Source of the DNA: Laspinema olomoucense D3c
Lineage (GTDB): Bacteria > Cyanobacteriota > Cyanobacteriia > Cyanobacteriales > Laspinemataceae
Length of the DNA: 64,000 nt
Reading direction: 5' to 3' (one strand)
Assembly: GCF_025370725.1 (NCBI RefSeq)
Contig: NZ_JAMXEZ010000006.1
A program made the translations under genes and the position numbers. Shown one piece after another: positions 36,684 through 44,755 of the stretch (position 1 is its first letter; each line of letters starts with the position of its first letter). Under the pieces are notes generated by a model. That model was given only the letters and a program-made list of their open reading frames with translations, did not search any database and had not been told where the DNA came from.

Positions 36684-39161
36684 TTAAAACGGACAGTCCC
36701 CTGAGTCACGGCGGGCAGTTTCTAACAGGATGCGCTGTTCGGACCGGGCGATCGCCTGATGGGTACGGACGATCGCCTCGGGTTCGACGGAAATTGCATC
36801 AATTCCCCAGCGCACCAAAGTATCAATGGTTTCCGGATACCGGGTGGGTGCGCCTCCACAAATCGCACAAGGAATTCCTGCTGCTTTTGCCATCTGTATC
36901 AGTTGATGAATGGCACTCATGACTGCCGGGTGACGGGGGTCAAACACCTGGGACATTTGTTGATTTTCGCGGTCTGCGGCGAGGAGTAACTGGGTTAAAT
37001 CATTGGTGCCGATGGAGATTCCCTGGACTCCCGCTTGCACATAATCGGAGATTAAAAATAAGGCAGAAGGTACTTCCGCCATAATCCAGAGTTGGAAATC
37101 CCGAACGCTGTCGAGTTTGAATTGTTGGACTCGATTCCGGCAAAATATAAATTCTTCGACGGTTCGCACAAAGGGAATGATTAAGCGCAGGTTGGTTAAT
37201 CCCTCCTGTTGTAGTTTGGCTAGGGTTTCTAGTTCTAAATCAAATAATGCCGAATCGAGGAGGTAGCTAAATGCGCCATGTACCCCCAAGGTTTGGGCGC
37301 TACGATTGGGGTTGATGCTGGTTTGTCCGGGCGATCGCATTGCGGGAAGATCGTACCCGCGCAAATCTAAGGACCGATAAAATACCGGACGGGGAAAGAA
37401 AAATTCGGCGACGCGCTTTAAGGGGTGGGAAATTCGGTGGATAAACTCCTGGTTTTTGTGGCGATCGCGCCATTGGTAGGGGTCTTCGGATTGGAAAATT
37501 TCCAGGGCCATCATTTCCGATCGCAATAAACCCACTCCATCTAAGTAGGTTTCAGCAATTCGATCTAAGGAACTCGGATGAGACAGATTCACCATCAACT
37601 GAGTGGCGGTGGGAAAGGGTTGGGTGAAGGAAGGGGTTAGGGAGTCAGAGTCGGGTAAAGGCATCGGATGAGGTTCTAAGATAACAGAGGCAACAGGTTG
37701 AGGCGATGGCGCCGGACTGGGTTGGACGGTTCCCCCAGGGAGTACAAAGATTTCGCCGGTATCGCCATTAACACAAATTTCCGTGGCGGTGGCGATCGCT
37801 TGGGTGACTTTGGCAGCCCCCACTACGGCAGGAATGCCAAATTCTCGGGCGAGAATTGCCGCATGACTGGTCATTCCCCCGGATTCGGTGACGACTGCCG
37901 CTGCTTGGCGGACGATATGCAGCCAATGGGGGGCTATTTCTGTGGCAATCAAGATCCGTCCTGGGGGGATATTTTCCCAGACTTCCGTTACCGACGTCAT
38001 GCAATAGGCTAATCCCACGGCGACTCCTTTGGCAGCCCCTGTTCCGAGGATAATCTGTAGCATCTCTTCTCCCTCGGTTGCCGTTACTGGGGCAGATTTT
38101 GGGGCAGGAGGTGGGTCTAAAGGGGGTGGGATTTCCCATGAGGGGAAGGGATTTCCCACTTCCACTCCGGTGATATAGATCTGTTCTGGGGACTGTTCTG
38201 TAGCTTTGGCAAGGGTCCATTCTAGGATGAAATTCCGGTCTAAGTGACTGCCGAGGTTGCGGGCGATCGCTCCCAATTTGGCCACTTCCGGGGGTTTGAG
38301 GGAAAATTCCTGTTGTTGTTCGTCACTCACCAAATAGGGTTGAAGACAACTGTAGGGACTCAGCAAGCTGGTTTCCAAGGTTAAATCATTGGATGGGGTG
38401 GAGTTTAACCTAAGATCATAACCGAGGTGTTTGTTCCCCAGAATTTGGGCGATCGCCTCCCCATTGTTAGACTGGATTTGATACCAATCGGGAATTGCCT
38501 GTCCCAGTTTAATCGCCAGGGCCAATCCCCAAGTGGCTTGAATTTCACAGTGCGCTTGGGTATAGGTGAGGGTTCCGGAGGTAATGGCACTGTGTAGGGG
38601 TTGCACCAAAACCGCCAGATTCAGTGAACGCAGTTCAATGCGCGATCGCTGCCAATATAATAAACTTCTTGCTCTAAACAACTCTGCCCAAGTTTGTAGT
38701 ACCCCCAGGGCAATTTCCTCGGGATCGCACAGGCAAACATAGCTTTCCACTAACCCGGAAAATTTGACCGGAGTGGGGGTATTTTTGGGCAGGGTGACGC
38801 TAGGGGACAGGATTAACCCCGGGGAACTCAGTTGTTCCGCTGCCATTGCCAACTCGTTGATCCACTGCCTGGGTAACTCTGCTGCCATCATTTCTTCCCG
38901 GATATGTTGGGCGATCGCCTTAAGCTGTCGGGTATCATCTACATTCAGATGCACCGAGGAACTCAGGAGCTCGGCAAACAGAGGTTCTTCCCAAGGATAG
39001 GTTTCTAGAAATTCTCGCAATGCAGGGGCCGCCAACACAAATCCGGGCAGCACAGGATAACCCTGTTGCGCCATCTGACTTAAATAAAATGGATTGTCCC
39101 CTACTAAATACCGTTGTGAGGGGTGAATTTGGTCCAGCCAGTAAAGGTGATCCACAATCAA
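36684..39161 (-). CDS. Phosphoenolpyruvate-synthase-like PEP-utilising enzyme: PPDK_N ATP-grasp, phosphohistidine mobile domain, PEP-utilising TIM barrel
   Basis: 825 aa. Phosphohistidine motif GGMTSHAAILAREFGIPAVVG and C-terminal motif ISIGTNDLTQLLLAADR. Confidence 0.75.
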   Translation of the reverse strand: MIVDHLYWLDQIHPSQRYLVGDNPFYLSQMAQQGYPVLPGFVLAAPALREFLETYPWEEPLFAELLSSSVHLNVDDTRQLKAIAQHIREEMMAAELPRQWINELAMAAEQLSSPGLILSPSVTLPKNTPTPVKFSGLVESYVCLCDPEEIALGVLQTWAELFRARSLLYWQRSRIELRSLNLAVLVQPLHSAITSGTLTYTQAHCEIQATWGLALAIKLGQAIPDWYQIQSNNGEAIAQILGNKHLGYDLRLNSTPSNDLTLETSLLSPYSCLQPYLVSDEQQQEFSLKPPEVAKLGAIARNLGSHLDRNFILEWTLAKATEQSPEQIYITGVEVGNPFPSWEIPPPLDPPPAPKSAPVTATEGEEMLQIILGTGAAKGVAVGLAYCMTSVTEVWENIPPGRILIATEIAPHWLHIVRQAAAVVTESGGMTSHAAILAREFGIPAVVGAAKVTQAIATATEICVNGDTGEIFVLPGGTVQPSPAPSPQPVASVILEPHPMPLPDSDSLTPSFTQPFPTATQLMVNLSHPSSLDRIAETYLDGVGLLRSEMMALEIFQSEDPYQWRDRHKNQEFIHRISHPLKRVAEFFFPRPVFYRSLDLRGYDLPAMRSPGQTSINPNRSAQTLGVHGAFSYLLDSALFDLELETLAKLQQEGLTNLRLIIPFVRTVEEFIFCRNRVQQFKLDSVRDFQLWIMAEVPSALFLISDYVQAGVQGISIGTNDLTQLLLAADRENQQMSQVFDPRHPAVMSAIHQLIQMAKAAGIPCAICGGAPTRYPETIDTLVRWGIDAISVEPEAIVRTHQAIARSEQRILLETARRDSGDCPF

Positions 39162-39289
39162 GTAAGCATTCGGACATCCTCTATCATAGTCTGGGTGTCT
39201 CCCTTTTGCATGGATTGCAAAAACCTGGTTAACTCCGAGGAAGGGGGCTAAGATAAAAATTTAGTGTAGGAAAGGGAGGTTAGGACCGA

Positions 39290-39967
39290 ATGGGAAATTG
39301 GGCGGCATGGATGAAAGGGTGGGTAAATTTGTTTTTGAAACCTAACTGTCCTTTGTGCGATCGCCCGGGAAAACCGCTTCTGTGTCCCGCTTGCGATCGC
39401 CAGTTGCAGCGCCAAAAATTCTCTTTGCAGCAACGGTTATTAAAGGAAACCCCTCCGGTATTAATTTGGGGTCGCTATGGCGGGGTGATGAAACGGGCGA
39501 TCGCGGTGATGAAGTATCAAAACTGCCCGGAACTCGCTCAACCCCTGGGGTACTCTCTGGCTGAAACTTGGTTACAGTCCCCCCTGGCAAAAGCGCAGGG
39601 ACTCACGGTGGTTCCCATTCCCCTCCACCCCGCAAAGCAACGAAAACGGGGATTTAATCAGGCGGAATTACTGGCAAAAAGCTTTTGCGAACTGACGGGA
39701 TATCGTTTAGAACCTCGGGGTTTAGAACGAGTGCGAGATACAGAGGCGTTAAATCAATTATCCCCCGCACAACGCAGGCAAACTCTCGCCAATTCCATGA
39801 CGGTGGGGGAGGGGTTGCGCCGCAGGCAGCCAAAACAGGGGGTGATTTTGCTCGATGACATTTATACCACAGGGGCAACTTGTCAAGAAGCTATCACAAC
39901 TTTGTCCACCGCCGGGATTCGGGTATATGGGATTGCGGCGATCGCCACGACTCAGCCTTTGGATTAA
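39290..39967 (+). CDS. comF: ComF/GntX-family phosphoribosyltransferase-domain protein with an N-terminal double zinc ribbon
   Basis: 225 aa. CPLCDRPGKPLLCPACDRQL zinc ribbon and a C-terminal PRTase motif VILLDDIYTTGATCQE. Confidence 0.75.
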   Translation: MGNWAAWMKGWVNLFLKPNCPLCDRPGKPLLCPACDRQLQRQKFSLQQRLLKETPPVLIWGRYGGVMKRAIAVMKYQNCPELAQPLGYSLAETWLQSPLAKAQGLTVVPIPLHPAKQRKRGFNQAELLAKSFCELTGYRLEPRGLERVRDTEALNQLSPAQRRQTLANSMTVGEGLRRRQPKQGVILLDDIYTTGATCQEAITTLSTAGIRVYGIAAIATTQPLD

Positions 39968-39968
39968 C

Positions 39969-40901
39969 CTATCCTGCTTTGATTTTCCCCTCCCGGAGAA
40001 ATTCCTCGAAGGTGAGGCGACTGGGTAAGGCGGATTGAGCACCGGGTTTGGTTACTGTTAAGGCACCAGCGGCAGCCCCCCATCTGACAGATTCGGGCAA
40101 GGGCAATCCCTGGGCGATCGCCACTGCCAATGCGCCATTAAAGGCATCCCCTGCCGCTACGGTATCCACGGCTTCCACCTCAAAGGCAGGCACAAAAAAC
40201 TGCTCTTCTCCCCTAGCACAAAGCACCCCTTTTGCTCCTAACTTGGCGATCGCTGTTTTGACTCCGCGTTTTTGTAATTCGGTGAGGGCTTCCCGGGCTG
40301 TTTCTATATCTCTCACGGCAATTCCGGTGAGGATACTCAGTTCGGTTTCATTGGGGGTAATGATATCAATCACGGAATACAATTCTGGGGGTAGTTCTCG
40401 GGCAGGGGCTGGGTCTAAAATAACCGGAATTCCGGCATTTTGAGCTTTTTTAGCTGCTGCCAGAACGGAGGATAGGGGAATTTCTAATTGTAATAATAAT
40501 GCTGCCGCATCGGGTAATAAATCAGTGAGGCGATCGCAGTCTGACTCATTGATGCGATCGTTTGCCCCGGGGACAATCACAATGGTATTTTCTCCCGTAT
40601 CTTCGACGGCGATCGTGGCAATTCCGGAAGCCGTGTTTTTATCAATGAAGATGCGATCGCACTTCACCCCGGATTGTTGCAAACTCTCCAGGAGTTCCTG
40701 TCCAAAACTATCCCCCCCCACCCGTCCAATCATAAATGTTGTCATCCCCAATTTCGCAGCAGCAACCGCTTGATTTGCACCTTTCCCACCGGATGCAGTA
40801 AAAAAGCTAATTCCCCTTAAAGTTTCACCGGGTTTCGGCAGACGGTGGCTGCGGGTGACTAAATCCAGATTGATACTACCGAACACCAGAATATTATTCA
40901 T
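39969..40901 (-). CDS. rbsK: Ribokinase (PfkB family)
   Basis: 310 aa. N-terminal FGSINLDLV...GGKGANQAVAAAKLG and C-terminal anion-hole motif VDTVAAGDAFNGALAVAIAQG. Confidence 0.85.
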   Translation of the reverse strand: MNNILVFGSINLDLVTRSHRLPKPGETLRGISFFTASGGKGANQAVAAAKLGMTTFMIGRVGGDSFGQELLESLQQSGVKCDRIFIDKNTASGIATIAVEDTGENTIVIVPGANDRINESDCDRLTDLLPDAAALLLQLEIPLSSVLAAAKKAQNAGIPVILDPAPARELPPELYSVIDIITPNETELSILTGIAVRDIETAREALTELQKRGVKTAIAKLGAKGVLCARGEEQFFVPAFEVEAVDTVAAGDAFNGALAVAIAQGLPLPESVRWGAAAGALTVTKPGAQSALPSRLTFEEFLREGKIKAG

Positions 40902-40967
40902 CGTTTCCCTTTCCCTTCACCTAGACCGCTAATATTTTAGCATTAAGCCTGTCCCTTGATTTTAAAT

Positions 40968-41459
40968 TTAATTATCTTCTTGGCCTTGGAACAATTCTAA
41001 TAAAAACTTTTGAGACTTCTTAGCCTCTGGAAAAAATGCAATTCTGGGTAACGCTAAACCCAAAATTAACATTCCCATCGGCATTAAAAAGGCCAGATTA
41101 AAAATCTCCTTGAATAGGCCTTCTCCCAGAATCATCAAGGCTACTACTGCCAGCATAATCAGCCATAAAGACATAAAAATAATCACAAAAGGGTGCAGTT
41201 TTATTTCTATTTTGATTTGACTGCCTCTACCGTGGGCCTGAATTTGACCTTCAATTTCAGGTAAAAAAGAATTGCGGTTGTAGATAACTCGGTAAATCTT
41301 AAAAGAGTGTTCGGCAATTTGTCCCTGGTACGGTTTTTTCGACCTACGCCAACGGAACTGGATTGGGTTGGAGGTAGGTGTCACCACTTCACTTAATTTT
41401 TTGAGAACCTCTTCGGGACTCAGATAAGTCGTCATCGTAAACCGTTTAGAAGGAAACAT
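40968..41459 (-). CDS. Small conserved hypothetical membrane protein, paralog 1 of 3 (about 100-aa soluble N-domain plus two C-terminal TM helices)
   Basis: 163 aa, MFPSKRFTMTTYLSPEEV...PYQGQIAEHSFKIYRVI...SQIKIEIKLHP then 2 TM. About 55% identical to paralog 3 and about 30% to paralog 2. Confidence 0.7.
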   Translation of the reverse strand: MFPSKRFTMTTYLSPEEVLKKLSEVVTPTSNPIQFRWRRSKKPYQGQIAEHSFKIYRVIYNRNSFLPEIEGQIQAHGRGSQIKIEIKLHPFVIIFMSLWLIMLAVVALMILGEGLFKEIFNLAFLMPMGMLILGLALPRIAFFPEAKKSQKFLLELFQGQEDN

Positions 41460-41635
41460 CTGCTCACCATTAGGGGTTGTTTTTTACAATTATCGCATAA
41501 TTTATCGAATTTGAAGCGGGATTAAATTCAGCCTATATTTGCTCATTTATAAACTTAAATATTCCGTATTTTAGGGACAGAATAAAAAAACATTTTTAAG
41601 TCAAATTGGAGAAATCATCTCCACGTTATAGTTTA

Positions 41636-42118
41636 TCACTCTTTCAAAAAATTCATTAAAAATTTTTTGGAATGGTGAGCCATGACAATGAAAGTAATCA
41701 TCGGGATTGCTAAACCCGCTAAGAAAATCGCAATCGGGCTGAAAAATACTGCAAAAGATGGGCTTTTAAGCATCATTAAAGAGACCCAAGTTGCTCTTCC
41801 CGCAGTTATTAGCCATATTCCAAAAAAAATCATAACCCCTGGATGAATTTTAATTTGGATATCGATTTGACTCCCGCTATTATGTTCCCTAATCTGGCCA
41901 TCAAGTACCGGGAAAAAAGACTCACGATAGCGATCCGAACTGAGATGGTAGATAATTTTTGAAATTTGAAAAGAGTCTTGATGGATTTTTCCGCGATAGA
42001 GTGGAGTGATACTTTTCTCCCCTATCTGATAGTCTGTGTCCACAATTCCCATTAATTTTTCCCGAACTTGGTAGGGTTTTAGTGGGCTTTGAATAGTAAC
42101 TTTTTGATAAGTCAACAT
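41636..42118 (-). CDS. Small conserved hypothetical membrane protein, paralog 2 of 3
   Basis: 160 aa with the same architecture and motifs (PLYRGKIHQDSFQISKIIY...SQIDIQIKIHP, 2 TM). Confidence 0.7.
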   Translation of the reverse strand: MLTYQKVTIQSPLKPYQVREKLMGIVDTDYQIGEKSITPLYRGKIHQDSFQISKIIYHLSSDRYRESFFPVLDGQIREHNSGSQIDIQIKIHPGVMIFFGIWLITAGRATWVSLMMLKSPSFAVFFSPIAIFLAGLAIPMITFIVMAHHSKKFLMNFLKE

Positions 42119-42204
42119 TTTTTAATTTTCACCACTATGTTGTAAAAGTATTTACAGCTTTTTTAGTGATAGAGGCATACAATTTTGCCTCTATCACTCT
42201 TAAA

Positions 42205-42690
42205 TTAAAAATTTTCACTCCCTTGAAACAATTCCATCAAAAACTGTTTAGACTTCTTAGCTTCCGGGATAAATCCAATCAAGGGTAACACTAAACCAAA
42301 AATGAACATTCCCACAGGCATTAAGAACAAAGGGTGAAATTCTTCAAACAGGACCGCTAAAAACATCAAGGCAGCTTGTCCAACTATACCCAGCCAAACG
42401 CACATAAAAATCAAAACAGCCCGGTGCAGTTTCATTTGAATTTCGATTTTACTGCCTTTAGCTTGGGCGTGAATTCGCCCCTCAATCTGGGGTAAAAAAG
42501 AATTGCGATAGGAAATGATTCGAGAAATTTTGAAAGAATGTTCACCGATTTGTCCCTGGTAGGGTTTTTCCGGCCTTTTCCACCGCACCGGGACCCATTG
42601 AGGGGGAGGTTCCACAACTGCTATTAATTTTTCCTGGACTTCATGGGGACTGAGATAAGTGGTCATTGTAAACCTTTGAAAGGGAAACAT
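42205..42690 (-). CDS. Small conserved hypothetical membrane protein, paralog 3 of 3
   Basis: 161 aa, MFPFQRFTMTTYLSPHEV...PYQGQIGEHSFKISRII...SKIEIQMKLH then 2 TM. Confidence 0.7.
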   Translation of the reverse strand: MFPFQRFTMTTYLSPHEVQEKLIAVVEPPPQWVPVRWKRPEKPYQGQIGEHSFKISRIISYRNSFLPQIEGRIHAQAKGSKIEIQMKLHRAVLIFMCVWLGIVGQAALMFLAVLFEEFHPLFLMPVGMFIFGLVLPLIGFIPEAKKSKQFLMELFQGSENF

Positions 42691-42805
42691 ACGTTCACCT
42701 CTAGTGGGTTAGTGCTACAATTATGCCATAACTTAGAGCCATTAATACCCAATCCGGTTGTGATAGGTCTATAAATACCCCACCCGATCGGGTGCGGGTA
42801 TTTAT

Positions 42806-44599
42806 TTAGTCCAAGCCCCTATCTTCCAGCATCCCCCGGAATTTGTGTTTGCGGGCGTGGATTTGTAGCAATTCTTGACGATAAGTTTTCCAGCGGGTCC
42901 ACTGCTCTTTTTGAATATAAGCTGCCCGCACTTTTTTCAACCAGTCGATCGCCTGATTATAGAATTCAGATTTTTTGCGATCTAAAATCGATTCGGCAAG
43001 GGGTTGCGCCGTTTCAATCACCCAGTCTGGACGGTGTTTAATCGCCGCATCCATGACCCGATGCACCAACTCTATCTCATAGGAACCAAAGCCTTCTACG
43101 GCGGCGATCGCCTCATCAATTAACCCTTCACTTAGGAAAATATCTACTTTAACCTCAGTTTTGTTCCAAATTTTATGTTCCCTCAGAGAATTTAATAAAT
43201 TGGGCTGGTATTTGAACCAATTTTCACCGGCTAATTCTTTTATTTTAAAATAATCCCTCGAAGTAGGGTTATCGTAAAAAGCGGATTTTCTCGCCTCCAG
43301 TTCTACCTCAGTATTTCCTAATTCTTCCGCTAAATCAGCGGTCCAACTGGCCAGTTTATATTGGGAATCTCCCCGTAATTTTAGCCCCATTACCCCGACT
43401 TCCAGGGCTGGGCTAACTTCCCCATTACTGCGTAAGGTTTGCCCCAGGGATAAGGCTTCTTCCATTGTTTTCATTTGGGTCCGGGCGGCTTCCATTGCTT
43501 CCGTAGTTCGTCCTAAACTGCCCAACATGGTAAGATATTGTTTGATTTTGCCTTGGGCTTTAGCCAGGTTCAAATACTCCTGATATCGCTCTTGCCGATC
43601 CAGAATTTTTAAGCGAATTAATACCAAATCCGGGAAAGCATTGGGGGAAGAATTTTCCGCTATTCCTGGTTCGGATAGGGTTCCTTGGAGGGCTTGTACC
43701 AAATGCGGTTCATCCCATCCTTCGCTGAGGGATTCTAAGCTGAGGGGAAATTCGGTACTCCACTCCTCTTGGAGGATTTTTAAGCGCGATCGCCACTGTT
43801 CCACTTCACGGGAACTGAGGGATTCGCTGAGAATCGCTTCGGCGATCGCCTCATCCACTGCTGTGACAATTTCATCGGACTCAATCCCATACTGTTCCAC
43901 CCGGTCCCAATCGGCTGCACAAGCTGAGGCAATAGCTTCTAACACGATTAAAGCATTATAACTTTCCCCAATTTCTATTAATCCTTGAATATTATCAATT
44001 AAATCTAACAACTCCTCGGTTACCGGGTCATCTTCACCGTCTAAGCTTTCAAAATACCGCATCCCTTCATATAAAATATCCCGCGCCTGCTGACGAAAAG
44101 GAGCCGGATTGATAGGGGAAGGACGCTGATTATTGGGTGATTGTATTGGACTGATTATTTCATTATTTAAGGTAATGTAATAGTCAATTTCATCAATAAT
44201 TTCGGGTCTTTGTTTAACTAACTCTTGCACTAGACCTTGGATTTGGGCCCGGTTGAGCTGAGCGAGCAATTGCTCCAAAGTCGGACGCTCTTGAATAGTT
44301 TCTGGTTGCCGCATTACCACCAATAAGGTAGCGACAATATGTTCACACCATTCAGACTTATCATCAGCACAAGAACAGGTCACCGAGGTCAAACAGCCCT
44401 GCTCAAACCCCACCCGAACCCGATAGGGTTGGTCTGCATTATCCATCACTTCGGCATTGAGTAAATTGCCTCGCCGAGTCACGGAGGTTACATTGCCCGC
44501 TTCATAATCCGACTGGCCTTTGCTAAACAATGCAGGGGCAGATTTCTGGCGAATGAGGCGATCGGTCAAGTCAGGAGTTTTAGACATAAAGCAATCCAA
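42806..44599 (-). CDS. SWIM-zinc-finger-domain protein with a long alpha-helical C-terminal region; function unknown
   Basis: 597 aa. N-terminal CxC...CxH SWIM signature (TSVTCSCADDKSEWCEHIVATLLVV). Confidence 0.65.
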   Translation of the reverse strand: MDCFMSKTPDLTDRLIRQKSAPALFSKGQSDYEAGNVTSVTRRGNLLNAEVMDNADQPYRVRVGFEQGCLTSVTCSCADDKSEWCEHIVATLLVVMRQPETIQERPTLEQLLAQLNRAQIQGLVQELVKQRPEIIDEIDYYITLNNEIISPIQSPNNQRPSPINPAPFRQQARDILYEGMRYFESLDGEDDPVTEELLDLIDNIQGLIEIGESYNALIVLEAIASACAADWDRVEQYGIESDEIVTAVDEAIAEAILSESLSSREVEQWRSRLKILQEEWSTEFPLSLESLSEGWDEPHLVQALQGTLSEPGIAENSSPNAFPDLVLIRLKILDRQERYQEYLNLAKAQGKIKQYLTMLGSLGRTTEAMEAARTQMKTMEEALSLGQTLRSNGEVSPALEVGVMGLKLRGDSQYKLASWTADLAEELGNTEVELEARKSAFYDNPTSRDYFKIKELAGENWFKYQPNLLNSLREHKIWNKTEVKVDIFLSEGLIDEAIAAVEGFGSYEIELVHRVMDAAIKHRPDWVIETAQPLAESILDRKKSEFYNQAIDWLKKVRAAYIQKEQWTRWKTYRQELLQIHARKHKFRGMLEDRGLD

Positions 44600-44755
44600 T
44601 CTGATAGAAAATAGAGAAATTGACGGGTTGTTAAAGAATCAAGATAGCGTATCCTCATCCGTTTACAAAACAGGAATCGCCATTTTCTCTAATTCCTATC
44701 ATATCCAGGGATGCTCTAACTCGCAAGACTCATTTACAGATATTCACAACTACTA

